DNA from: Euprymna scolopes
Taxonomy: Eukaryota
Direction: 5' to 3' (one strand)
DNA: 54,105 nucleotides
NCBI GenBank assembly: GCA_053919585.1
Contig: CM132807.1
A program made the position numbers and the translations under genes. The notes under the pieces were generated by a model. The model saw only the letters and a list, made by a program, of their open reading frames with translations. It was not told the origin of the DNA and ran no database searches. Positions within the stretch are counted from its first letter, which is position 1; each line of letters begins with the position of its first letter. Of this stretch, positions 1 to 14,293 are shown in pieces.

Positions 1-539
1 CAAGAATTTGTTTATACTGGACTTGATAATGGCAATGTTCTTATCAACTAGGAAGAAGCCCCATGATACTGTGTTCCTCAGATAGGAAGTACTAGGAAAA
101 TAACTTGTTCATGGAAGTTCTACTTAATTGTAGGTACACAGAAGGAGGAAGGTAATTTATCAACAGTGGTTGTAGCTAGATAAGTTTTTGTTGCGGATAT
201 TTTAAAAATCCCTTATATGTAAAACTGAAAAGCATAAGAAATTTAGAAATATTTATTTAGTTAAAGATATACATAATGCAAAAACAAGGACTTATTTGGA
301 GTTCAACTGACAATCATTTAATAACAAATAAAAATCAAGTTTCTATTCCATTTTAAAGGATTAGAATCCTTTACCAATATCACTCCAAAAATGGAAACGA
401 TGTCGCACCCTCTTTCTAATCATGGAGATCATCCAGTTCGGATGTGTAAAAACAAAGCTAATAAAAGCATTAAGTGAGCATCATGTGCTTTTATTTTAAT
501 TCCTCATTGTCCTAATATAATACAGAATAAGCAATTGGT

Positions 540-805
540 ATAATGAGAGATCTAGAACAGGAGACTTCGATTGCATTGCTACAGTGAAAGAATGGATAAG
601 AGTTTTTGGGTTAGTAGATGTAGAACAATTAAGGTGGCAAGATCAGGTAGAAGGCCAGGAAAACATGGAGGGGTGATAAAGATGAACTTGAGAGAAAGAG
701 GGATAAATAACCTCCTGATCAGAGATAGGTTAGTTTGGAAGTCAGTTTCTAAAAGCCACCCAGCACATGCCAACATGCAACATGGACGTTAAATCGAATA
801 TGAAA
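540..805 (+). mobile_element. RTE-clade LINE 3' remnant
   Basis: RRL.L..ERMDKSFWVSRCR..V...RR.P.KTW..VIK.NLRERG...DRLVWK resembles the RTE ORF C-terminus. Confidence 0.7.
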
Positions 806-1098
806 AAAATGCATAAACAATAATTCAAGGACAAATTAACACCAATACATAATTGTATATTAATGCCCTATCTGAAAACTTTTAAATGTTATTTTGAGCA
901 ATATTTTGAAACATTTTCGGCATAATCTTATATTAAACAATATTCTGAAGGCATTTTTTAACAAAATAATTATTTAAAAAAATACAAAATTATTTAATCT
1001 AAAATTGTGCAAAACTATATGAATAAATCATGAAATGCTTTATTTTGGAAATAGGAAAATAGTAAAACAAAACTATCATAAAATATAACTCCACTTAC

Positions 1099-1137
1099 AT
1101 TTTGTTGTTGTTTTTGTAAATGTTGTTGTTGACGATC
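1099..1137 (-). CDS. Micro-exon x (39 nt, phase 1-1), GSSTTTFTKTTTK
   Basis: ttaCAG acceptor, GTAAGT donor. Confidence 0.8.
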
Positions 1138-4100
1138 CTGTAAATGAAGACAATTACATCAATATTATTTGAAAAAATGTTCAAAATGTCATGATTTATT
1201 AGTCATTCTAAGCTTCATGAGACAGCTTTATTTTTTCTTTTGCTGTTTCTATAAAATAATTGTGTAATTAACTAATTCGATATTTTGAATATCAAAAGGC
1301 AGTTTTTATATAACCTGCATCAATGAAAAGTTTGCTGTGTGCTGAGTGTTTTGTAGCTGTTTCCAATAATATAGTTATTATATGCTGGGTAAGCATAGTC
1401 TCGTTACTGGCTTCCTTTTACCTTCTTCTTAGAGAAAAAATTATACATAGGCTCATTGCTACTCTTATAGCAGACATATTAAATAGCCAGTTTCACTACG
1501 TCTCCCTGAAACATAAAGGGTTTATGTTCCTAGTAGGTTTTGTACGTCTTCCGATGGTTTCAGTTTAAGGATTACCTTCCTACGCTTCTCCCTCTCCTGT
1601 ATTTCTTTCTCTTAGAGATCTACATTTATCTTGCTCAGAATCATCTTTATGCATTATTTCATCTTCATCCAAATTTTCTAACTCATTCTAATCGTTTTGT
1701 CATGCATTATTTTAACTTCTGACATTCCATTCTATAAAAATCCTTTCTAATAATTCAGTACGAGGAAGAATCGTACAGATTTTACTATTTTGATCTCCAT
1801 ATTCACCATGGTCCCCGGTTTTCATTATTAAATATAGTTGTATTGTGAACTTTTTGCATGATAAATTCTGTTGTTTCTGTATTTGATTCATTTTCTTTAT
1901 ATACTACTAGCATTTCAGCCCGGTGTTGCCCGGGTGTTTGGAGGTGTATGCTGAGCAAAAAAAAAAAAAAAAAGAGTAAATTTTTTTTTAATTTGACCCC
2001 TATTATGACCCCTTAAAATTTATAGTTTCGGGCTCAAATCACTTTATTAAATTAGATCCAGGTTCAAGGAACCTATATCTAAAATTTCAAGTGTCTAGAC
2101 CCAAAATTGTCGGAGGAGTTTGGTAGAGTTCTTAAAGGTCAAATCGTTGAAATGTGACCCCTTAACAGCCAAATTTCTGACTGACACCCGTCACATCGAT
2201 TTTCCCAAATCTCAGTACCCGGTATTTCAAATTTTGAGTATATAGACTAAAAATTGACAGAGTTATTNNNNNNNNNNNNNNNNNNNNNNNNNNNNNNNNN
2301 NNNNNNNNNNNNNNNNNNNNNNNNNNNNNNNNNNNNNNNNNNNNNNNNNNNNNNNNNNNNNNNNNNNNNNNNNNNNNNNNNNNNNNNNNNNNNNNNNNNN
2401 TAAATTCTTAACCTAACTCTAGTTTTCCTTCCAATTAAAACTGATGAAATTTCTAGTTTTTCAGCATGAGATATTGTGTAGTAGCTTAAAGGCAAAAAAA
2501 AATCTTTATTTTTTCGACTCCTGTGGAAATCATTGTCTAGGTATAGTATTTGTGTATTTATTTTTGTGATTATTTAAATTCCTATTAATTATGATCGCCA
2601 ATTTATTTTTCAGATTACTCTTTAGTGTATTTTTTTAAACTTGTTTTTTTTTGTAAACTCTCTCGGCAATTTCCGGAACTAATTTTATCCAGCTTTTGTA
2701 GAGACGAGTTTTTTTTTCTTTCTTTACTTAAACTTATTTCATTATTGAATAGATCATTTTATCATCACAAATTATATCTTAAAAAAAAAACAAAAACATG
2801 CTCATTTTTTCTTAATCAATGCTAGTTATCACCCCTATATAATTATCAACATCTTTTTATGTGCCGGTTTTTAGTATGCTGCTTCTGGAAAATATAAACT
2901 TCAGAATTTGTTTTATCATAGAACTTCTTTTTTCTAATATATGGATTACTTGAGGACAGCCTGAAATATAGTCTCCTCATATTAATAAAAGTCTCAATGC
3001 AGTAATATTCACATGATCCATATGCACACAATTCATGGCTCCACTTCTCTGGACAATGAATGTAAAATAAGTTGTGTAAAATTTCTTAATTCTTTACATG
3101 TTTTGCATCTTTTTATATATTCTTCAACATCTCATGAATATCTTAATCATCATACTTTTTATTTTATCCTTTTTTTAGCTGCTGCTCTACACTGTTTATC
3201 ATCATGTACACTTTTATCACTAGTTTTCTTATATTTAACAAGCTTTACAAGCTCACTTTTTCTTCATAAAACAGTTTAAATTAACTGATCCCACGGTCCA
3301 AATGTTTTATAATATACATATGTGCATATATATATGCATGTGTATATACGTGTGTGTGTGTGCGCTCGCTCGCGCGTGTGCACATGTCAATGCAATGCAA
3401 TAAAAGAAATAAAAAGTAATTGAGAAACCGGTTCAGTTAAACCAGTAATACTAATCTTACCTGGTTCAGCCGTTGATGATGGAAAAGTCCATTCAATAGT
3501 TTCCTCTGTTACAGGTAATACTTCTGTAAAAGCAGTAGTTGTCTGGGTTGTGTGTTTGCTACTAGCAGTTGATGAAGTTGGTGTTGATATTGGTATTGAG
3601 ACATGTGTACTTGCTTCACTTGGTATCACTTCTTCAGTTGTTATATACTCAGATGTTGTAGAACTTGCCTCTGAAATTTCGAAATAAATGTTTCTTTTTA
3701 ATTATAGTTTGTAAGCAGATACTATTTAGCTAAAATACTATGTCTATATTTGTAAACTGAAATCTGCAGATTTATTTGTAGAACATCCTCATTTGCCTAT
3801 TTTATGAACATATTTTAAGTAGAAGGCGATTTGTGAAAAATCCAGAAATGTATATTTTCTTAAGATATTCAACTTGATTTGACAAAAAATCAGGATATTT
3901 CCTTAGCATATTCTCGCCAGAAATTGATTTAAGGAAAATCTGAATCCAGATAACTTCCAAATATTCTAAGTAGAGGTTGACTTGAAGAACATCCAAATGT
4001 GGTATTTTCGTATCATATAGCTGGAGATCAATTGGGAAAAAATGTACATGGATATTTCCAGAACATCTTCTAACCAAATGATGATTTCAGAAAAATCAGA

Positions 4101-5119
4101 ATATATTATAGTTAAAGATTAATTTAAGAAAAGTTCGAATGTGAATATTTTTTAAACATATTCTTGCCAAATGTTTATTTCACTTTTTTCTAGATAATTG
4201 TGTTCTGTTTTAATATCTTTTCAAATAGTCATATATTTATATGCCATACTGTATAAGCTACTTAATTTAGATAGTGATATCCTATTTTTATAAATTTGCA
4301 AAGGTGGCACATATATTTATTAACTGTATGATCAGTTATATTTAGATAATACTGTTGTCTTCCTACCCATTAAAATTCCTCATCCTGTATAAAAAATGTA
4401 TAATTAAATTCGTTTTAAACGACCATTAAATTACTTCTCTTTTTACAATCTTTTCTTTTGTATATCTAAAATATAAGAAAACTACAAAAAACAAAAACAG
4501 ACAAATATATACTCCTAAATACTACAGTAGATATAAAGGAATAAAAAAGGTGAAATACTTGTGGTGACTTTATTTCAAAATCTTGTAAACATTTTAAAGA
4601 AAATCCTTGTATTTTGACTTACCTGTTGAACTAATCCTTGTAGAAAAGGTTCCTACAATGAAGATGTTTTTATTTTAATATCATGGATAAAACAACTGAA
4701 AGTTATTGTATTACTGAACAATTTTAAAATTAGATTTTCGAAAGTTTTAGGTACATATTAATAATTTGTATTATTTTGACTATCTCTTCTCATCTTGAAT
4801 GTCATTATCACATGTTTTGGCCAATGTAATCCCGAACTTTCTTCATGTGCTTCATCTTGAATTTGGAAATCAATACAAGATTTTTTTTATTTAATCTATG
4901 AGGGTAGATTGTTCTTATTTGTCAGTCATAAGCAGGTAGAAGTGTTAATTTACTTTATTCATAGCATGATGCTATTGGACAAGTATGTTGTTGGTGTTTG
5001 TGTATTTGTTGCTTCATTTTACAGATCCAAAGGAAAGAGGAAGACACAAGAACTTTTACTGCTACATATTCACTATTGCTATAATGATGGCTTAATAAGA
5101 ACAGAAAAGAAGAGAAAAG

Positions 5120-5191
<72 letters not shown>

Positions 5192-8100
5192 TATTCACAG
5201 AGCCAACAACTTATATGCCAGTATTATTACAGATTCTAATGCTACAAACAGCTTATTAGTTGTAGTGGACAGAGCATATCCCCTCCCCCAATGTAACTGA
5301 CATAGTATTGCCCGTATTGTGTATAAAAACTACACTGACTGTGTTAAAAGTAGGCTTTTATTAATATCGGCTCACTTCAAATCAGGCCTTGAAAACCTAT
5401 GATTGAAAAATGACTATGATTGAAAAAAGAAATGAAAGCAACAACAGTTGAAAGAGCTTTTATTCGTGATACTTCAGTTACAACCTGCTTATTGGTGCTG
5501 TGTATGCGGAAGTAAAAAGCCATTTGTAATCTTAAATTACAATATTGCCATAATGTTGTAATAATGCTGAGAATAAATGGTTAGTTGGAACTAGGAGAAT
5601 AGTTTATTGTAATGTTACAACAATCTTGCAATGATGTCAAATTATTATAATGTTACAGTAGTATTGCAACAATGTCCAATTATTGTAATATTACAATAAT
5701 GTTAGAATACTGTCGAATTATTGTAACATTATAGTAAGATTGCAAAAATGTTGAATGATTGTAATGTTACAATAACACTGCAATAATACTGAATATCCCA
5801 CAATCAAAATAAAATGAAGTTGATTATTGGTATGATTTTTGTCCAATTCCTAGATTACTTTAATAATAAACAAAATGCACTTACCTGGAGTTTCAAAACA
5901 TGCTTTGATGCTGACCCACACTTTATATCTCTCATTATTTGGCTTAATAGATTCAAGAATAATCTTGACCACTTGGACATTTGCGTAATCTTTGCTGCGA
6001 TAAGTTCCCGAAATATTATCCGCTTTTCTTTGAAATGAAGGCAAACTGCTGTCCCATGTTTCAACAGAAAATCTCCCAACATTTCCAAACACTGTAACTT
6101 CTACAAGAGGTAAACCTTGTGCTTTGTTTGTGATTGAGATCAATAGGTACGGTTTTGTTTGATTTTGGTTTATTGGAACAGGTACAACCCAACCTTGTCC
6201 ACTTGGACGTGAATCGCTTGGTGAGCCATCACCGAATTCAGGTGACCCATTGATAAAACGGTCAGGGATCAGGAATGGATTTGACATGCCTTCACTAACA
6301 TCACAAGGTACTGAAAAATAAAAACAAATATAGATAAGATAATAAACAAATATAGATGCATATTTATTCTTCCTTTCATATGCCACTGTACTTTAATATA
6401 TTTCAACCGTTAACTACCCTGGCCAGATAATGAAACTATGAATAGGTTCCTATCACTTCACATCTAGTTTGACTAAAAGTTTAACTCAGGAAAATAAAAT
6501 AAAAATAAATAAAGGATGAATAATAGCAATAAAAACATAGACATTTGTTTTTTCTTCTACATACTACCATGCTTTAATCTATTTTAAATATATTAGCTAT
6601 TTCATTCTTTCAAAATAATTTGAAAAAATAGTAAATAAAAAAATGAACAAATCAACGAATAAATAAAATATATTAATAAAATTAAAAAATAAAACACAAA
6701 ATATGTAAAAAAAAAACAAACCCCAAAAAACACTTGCATGTTATCTATCATTGGAAAAATGGTATTTTGACAGCCAAAGTTGCACCTCTAGGAGAAAGGG
6801 GGCCAAGGGAGACTTCAGACCCTATCATATTATAAGACATTATTGCTGCTCTCATGAGATCACAAGTTCCGAAAGTTTCACCAGCTTAGTTTCTCTGCTT
6901 ACTTGCTGGTCGCTGATGTAAACATTTTTACTGAGTTTTGTCCCAAGTTCTACAGACCTTCTCCAACACAAACGTGGGTCTACTGTAAGTTATTTCTTGT
7001 ATGCTTATCATGATTACTTTATCTTGTTATTACAACTGTTACAGGCTTACTACTAAAAAGAATATCCAATAAAAGCCAATTGTTAACATCCTTTGATGTA
7101 CATGAATGTCAGACAGTGAATAATTTTGGTCAGAATGTTCTCCCTTGTGTCATTTGGTCATGATTTGACTATTTATCTATGACATAGTTTTCCCATAATG
7201 TTAGCATGTTGAATTTAAAATAACTCTACCAACCCATCTGCTCTCTTAATGAACCTATTTGTTCTTTCTCTTCTTTATCTCTTCTTTCTGCTTTTGTTCT
7301 CACTTTTCTTCCTTTCTGTCAATTGTTTATTATACTCAGTCGTCCTATGGTAAGGATCTTCTGGACTCTTTCAAGCCATCTATCTGATGCTTTGTGTATG
7401 ATTTATATTCAATTTTGAAATGGTTGTATTTTTTGTCTACTAATGCTTCCCCTTCTGCTCCATCATTGACTTGATCTGGCAAGTTCATCTGGATTCACTA
7501 TGACCTTGATAAACTAGTTCCCATGTACTATGCTTTTTATCTAGTAGTATTGTTGATGGCTGATATGGCAGCACCTAGTATTCTAAAATTCTCATCCATC
7601 TGATATGGACGAAGCTCAACATCACTTAACTTTGATGGTCGAATAAAAACAGATATGTAAACAAAGTTGCGCTGTGTATTATTGCTTATCCATATGCAAT
7701 TTTTTTAATAATTTGTAAATAAAAATGGATTCGCATAATGCCTTTTGACAACATATTAAGTAAGCACTTGAGTTTAATTTGATTTGATTGTATTTGGGCA
7801 GTTATTCACTTTTTCACTCATTTCTCAAACTTTTAGATACAATTACTTTCTTCATATTTCTTAGCCTACTTTTGTTCACTTCAAATTATTTATTGGGTGC
7901 TATAGTTATTGTTTGCTGTTTTGCAAGTGTTTTCCAGAAACCATTTGAATTATTGAAGTTCTTCTTTCTGTTGCTTACAATTATAGCTGTAACTGCCTGC
8001 CATTAGCCAGAATAAATTGAAGTAATTTAAATTTTGAAAATTTCATACCTTGAGATGTTGTAGTTCCTGGTGTAGAAACTGATGGTAGTACTGTTGAAGT

Positions 8101-11100
8101 AGATGTACTTTTACTTGGGAAGACTGAAATATAAAAATACATTGATATAAACATCTTAAGAAATAAATTGTTGTTGTATCATCATTGACATCAATCTTTA
8201 ACCATTTCCCTAGTTAATTGTTGTAAAGGAATGAATTTGTATGAATTAAATAAATTAACAATGTAATTCATACAAATAAATCATATGCCTTTTATTTACA
8301 AAATATCAGAAGGTATAAACGATTTAAATGTTTATTCAATTGTGGATTTGTTGATAAAGGAATAGACTACTGATAATATTGTGTTCTTCTTTATATAGTG
8401 TGGCAATCAGCAGTTATTGCCAAATATCTTTAACAATTTCTTTTATTGCTTTTAATGAAGATATTTTAAGCTTTCCTTATAGATATTTCCTTCTGCTTAT
8501 TTGATTTGAACTTGGAACCAATTTTGGACTAAAACATGCAATTTCTTTTGTACTAATACTCATAATCTCTCTTTCTTTCTCCCACCTTATATAAGACAGG
8601 AGGGATAAAGGTGAGAAGAGAAAAAGAGAAGGAAAAACAGGAGTTGAAAGCAGAACAGAGAGAATGAACTTTGTAAACATTGAAAAAACGAAAAACTGTA
8701 GCAATCCCACTAATATGAAAATATATAATTGATATTAAGTAGATTAGAGTCATGTCCTCTTGAACACTCAGATTTTCGGATTACAAACTGCCAGAGTTTG
8801 CTGTCTCTTATTCCACTCTTCTGGATTAAGAAAATATGCATTTTGATGTGAAATTAAATTGACATCTTACCAACATATTTGAAAATGGATCTATTCTTGT
8901 AATCTTTCGTCTTACTTTTTGGTGAAAATTGAACTTTTGTAGACATTGTTGTAGTTTGTTTTTACTTATGAGAATTTTTGGCATTTCTTATTTTTGGAGA
9001 TCAATTTTAGGTGTGCATATGTTTGAGGGAGAAGGGTAACTAATCTATTATCTCCTGAAAATGCATTAAATCATTTTATAAATGAAATAATTATTTGATT
9101 ATGTTTTTCTTACAAAGTCCTATGAATGAATAGATACCACACTTTATCAGAATTAGTGTTCATTGAGTGTGAAATCTCTATTTATTTGTGGGCTCATACA
9201 TAAGATCGCCTCCACTTCCTCCAATTTTCTGTACTAGGCTATACAGACTATACTTTTTTTTTCAATAAGATCAACCCCATATCAACAGGCGGCACAGGCT
9301 TTATCTCCTTTAAAAGTATTTGATTATGTGTTCTTAAAAATGCTACTTGGTACGATAGTGGGAGATTATTTTACATTGAATTAATATATGAAAGTGATCT
9401 ATTATTTTAAAGTCTAAAATAGTGTTTCGTTTTTTTTTTTTTTTTTTTTTTACTAACTTTTTCAATGTGTTTGTACGTAATCGCCTAAAGATAGAATCTT
9501 ATGTTTTTATTTTGGGTGAATTAGCACAGAATGCAAGACTTCAATTTTACCAAAGTATATAGCTAGCAGCTATAATGAATCAGTATGACACTGATCTATC
9601 TGAGCTAAATTTCAACAACAGAAAAAATTTCCTCTTTTTCTTACTTTGTTTTCTTTCTTTTTCTCTTCTCTTCGTCTTTCTTTTCTTTTTTTTTTTACTT
9701 ATTTTTTCTTAACCGTTGTTCCAGCTTTGTTTTTTTTCTTTTCAAAGTTGTGGTAATTAAAAAATTAAACATTCACATTACTAACCTGAAGTTGTTGGTG
9801 TTGTCTTGGAAACTTCAGGAGTTGTATATTCTATAAAAGATAAATAAAAATATGTAAAAAAGACAAAGTAAATTTACAAAATATATTTGATAAATTATAA
9901 GATCTTTTTGTCATTTACCAGCCCCCGCCCCCATGAGAGCTAGATATCTTGTAAACTTGAGCTTAATGCAGGATGTGGCTATTTCTAAATGCTACAAGAA
10001 TGTTGATAGTCGGTAACAATCTCCATTTATATAAAGTTAAATAATGTGTATATGTCTATATATTCGTATGCATAGGATTAATTCCGAAACTAATTAACTA
10101 ATCATTATGAATTCTGGAACATAACTGATAAGTATAAGAGTGGACAGTGTGGATTATATTTAGTTTTATGTAAAAAGGCAAAGAGGGACTAGAAGCCCCT
10201 GATGAACGCTTCAGATACTTCCGATTTTTATGAAATTTTACCAGTAGATATTAGATTTATTTTTTTTTGTATTTTAAATGGTCATAGCGGGCATAATATG
10301 AGCATGACCTCCTATCTAGAAAATTGAAACATTTTTGATTTCCATTAAATTTAATCCATAATCATTAAATACCAGTCAAGCTAGATTCTGTAAATTTCAA
10401 TTTCAAGACTCCTTAAACCAAGCCTTAGATTTTAAGCATTTTCTAAAACCAAAATCATATAAAAGATTTTGATCAAATTTTGAATAAAGATTATAGACAT
10501 TAGGTTTAATAGCATTACATGTTGATTTTAATGCTCGTAAATGATTCAAATTGTTCTATTTGCAGAATTAATTTTACCTGTCTTGGGATGAGTAATTACT
10601 TAAAAATTACCTGATAAGAGCCTGGTGAAAAATTTTATACAATCAATCGATTATGGTATCACCACTCTTTCTCTTTTTTCTTTGAAATTTTGTAGTGATT
10701 AGATTATGAGCTTTTTTGTCACATATATCTACCTTTGCAATTTTATTTCCTTTGGATTTATTATTACTACTATTACTTCTACTAGAATAGGGGTTTTTAC
10801 ACTAATCATTATAAGCGATTTCTCACTGACAAGAACAAGTGGTGCTTTCTGGAGTCTGAGTGACTAATCTCTCCAAATTTTTAGAACTCTTTCAATAAAG
10901 ACTGTAAATAATTTTGCTACTGCAACAGACGTTTACAATTGATTTATTGTTGATGATGACCATTAATCTTCTCTGATATTTGAGTGGCAATAAGCCTACC
11001 CAAGACTCAGTATTCTCTGTATTTACAGTGCTCTCCCTATTTGATCTTTAGAGTATTTGACCCTCCACAACCATTTTGTATGGTTCCTGTTGAGACTGAT

Positions 11101-13047
11101 GTTACAACCTGTGTGTCAGTGTTTTTTTTTTTTTTTCATTTTCAATTTAAAAAAATTAGGAGGGCAGTGTAAATGTAATTTTTCATTGATTTCTCTGAGT
11201 TTCAGTTTCCTTTGGCTCATGTGATGGTCTTTCTATATTTTATTATAATTAGTCGGAAGTGACAGTGGTAAAGTTGATATCAGAATCAACTCTAGACTCA
11301 GTATTCTATGTTTGAATCCTGTTGGATCCATTAACTACTGTCATTTGAAATTTTGATAATTTTCTCATGGTCTCTCCTGTGAGTTATGAAAAAAAAAACC
11401 CCAAAAAAACGAATCAGAGAAATTAACAAATTGAAAAATGCTAATTTTTATGAAAATGATATCTGACCTTGCTACCTCAACTGTTCTACATCTACTAACC
11501 CCCAAATTCTTCTAATGAGACCAAACCAACAGTTTCGTTTTTGCACACATTTCCCTATGATGATTGAATCTTCACTGAGGCCATCCAATCTAAGCCTGTT
11601 ATTAAGATGCATTGTGTCACTCTCATATCATTTCTCTCCATACAACACATGTATTCAAGCTTTGATGATCAAGTTTCACTTCCATATATTATCCCACTTC
11701 ATACACATGTCTGATAGACTCTCATATTGATCAATAATTGTAATGTTTTGCTGGTTAGTAATTACCGGAGTTCCCTGAACTTACTCCTTGTTAAACATTC
11801 AGTCTCCTGGCTAAATATACAGCATTAAGTTTTAGGATAAATAGAATAATCTAGAGAAAGGATTGCCCCTCCCCCTTCTTACATCTTGGTGTAGTAGCGA
11901 AGTAAAAAAGGAGTACTTGACTAAAGTTGATCTATTAATTTTTTTTATAAGGTGGAAGCAAATAATTATAATAATAAATATATATAATTTAACACTAGTT
12001 GCTCTTTTACTCATACAATGAAAATGCAATAGAAATATTTGTAATGGATAGAAAATAAAAATTAATATTCTTACCTGGTGTGAAGCAACCAATAATTGAG
12101 ACCTTGACGTTAAAGTCTTTAGGGTATATGCCAACATCGACAGGTTTTACAGATTTTAGAATGATACGGACTTTTGTAACCTTTGTCATAACCGATGGTT
12201 TGTAAGATGATATCCCATTTGTAAAAGTTCCAACAGATTCATATAGAATCGTTTTTGGATGTTGCAATTGAACAACGTAGTTATTTACGTTTCCGTGAAG
12301 AATCACTTCTGCCAATAGAATTCCATCAGGATCATTGGTGAGTGTGATCGTGATGGTGGGGTCATAACCAGATTTACTTGGCACTGGAACTTTCCATCCA
12401 CTTCGATCTGGACGCATGTCAAGTCTTGTAGAAGAGCTTTCAATTGGTGTGACAATTATGTGGTGATCAGGAATAAAAACTTCATTTTTCATTCCTTCAT
12501 TCAAAGTACATGGAGCTGAAAATAAAGATATCTTTGTGAAACATATGTATCCTATTGACAGAGAAAGCTTCAAAATAAAATGGTAAAACTAATGCGATGA
12601 GGAAACAAGAACATATATTTGTATCCAAACATATTGGAAATCAAATGAAGATAAGAAATTTCAATGTGTATATTAGTATTTGTACAATTCTGAAATATGG
12701 GCAGTAAACAAGAGACTTACTAACAAAATAAACAGCTTGCAAAGGAGACTAGGAAAATATGAAATAAATTTCATCGTCAGCTAAGTATGGGAAGTGTAGT
12801 AAAACCATAAATAGAAGACGTTGGCACATGCCATGAGACTGAGTGGATTTCTGCTAGTATGAAATACCCTAAATCTGATATGAAGAGAAGTCAACCAAAT
12901 GCAAAGTGGATTAAAACTAGCATAAATAATTTGAACTGTGATGATTTTGCAAAACACCCTAAAATCTGCACACTAAAAAGCATTACAAAAGACAACAAAT
13001 TCTGGAGAAACACAATGATGATACTAATAAAATAGTGAATTTCAAAA

Positions 13048-13084
<37 letters not shown>

Positions 13085-14224
13085 GCAGCAAGCATGTCTG
13101 ATTGAACACGACTGAGTCCTTTTTTTCGATTTTATTGAATAACTTTTCGATTCATCAAGTGGTCTTTTTTGTTTTAGCTGGTAGGTTGTATATTATGGCG
13201 CGCAGTAGTTGTTCGGTCATATTCTCCTCGAGCGCTTTCTATTGGTACATCCGATCGTCACCAGAAGTGGTTGTTGTTATTGTCGTTCTTTTCTTCATTG
13301 AGGCTTGGTGTATTAATAGTTAGTTCTATTTTATTTTTATTTTATATTGTTATACAGGTAGGTGCAGGTGGGTAAGGGTGAGTTATAATTTTTCATTTTG
13401 ATCTTCTTATTTTATTTTTATTCTATATTTTATTTATTTAGTTATTTATTTATTGTTAATTGTTGAGTACGGTTAGTATATTTGTCCGGATATTAAACGC
13501 GATTCGATTAATGAGGGGCTGTAGTTTTTAATTAGAATAGCTTCTTGTAATTTAAGTCTTTGTGTGCAATTGTGAAACTATCTAATTTTAGTATTGTTAG
13601 TTAAAATATTTCTTATTTCGGATGATTGTAGTTTTTTGTTGTGATAGGTTAGGTGTCGCTTGATGACACTATTATCTACTAAATGGTAGGTTAATCGTCA
13701 AGAGAGTGTTGTCTTGATGTGGCCTATGTATGCATTGTATGAGTTTTAGAGTGGGTTTGAAGACATTCTTTGAAGGGGCAAATAAATTCATACACTACAT
13801 TAGTTTGTGTTAGTGTGATGTTAGTATTATTATTGTTTTTAATTATTAGATTAGAGGTTTTAAATTTAGTATATTATTAGTTTGATCTTTTTGTTCTGGT
13901 CGGTGGGTCTGGTATACCTTTTAATTAGGTTTGTTATTATTTTTTCGTCTGTTTTGTAGTTAATGTGCAGTTGGTTTTTGTAATATACTTTGATGGTGTC
14001 GTTTTTCAACAATTAACATAGCTAGACAAGTTAGAATAAAAGAATACTAAGAAATTAGCAATGAAACTATAATGCATCTATTGCACTATATATAAATAAA
14101 ATGTATTTTACCTGTTGTTGATGATGGCATATAAGTAGTTGTAGAACCTGATAAAAATAAAATTGGGTGTTAATTTATTGTATAATTTAAACAGTTCATA
14201 TTTGAGACATACCAAAACAACTTA

Positions 14225-14293
<69 letters not shown>

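Noticed and set aside
3800-4170. Faint ~50-bp periodicity
   Set aside because: Too degenerate to define a unit by eye.
4909-5259. 116-aa ORF with an ER repeat
   Set aside because: Read-through of a (GA)n microsatellite; no splice or domain support.
5605-5794. CRISPR-like regular repeat with palindromic core
   Set aside because: The intervening parts are mutually similar rather than unique spacers; eukaryotic intron; no cas genes.
10578-10598. Possible 21-nt phase-1 micro-exon (VITHPKT)
   Set aside because: AAG acceptor with a short pyrimidine tract and a competing CAG/GT just upstream; too likely to be chance.
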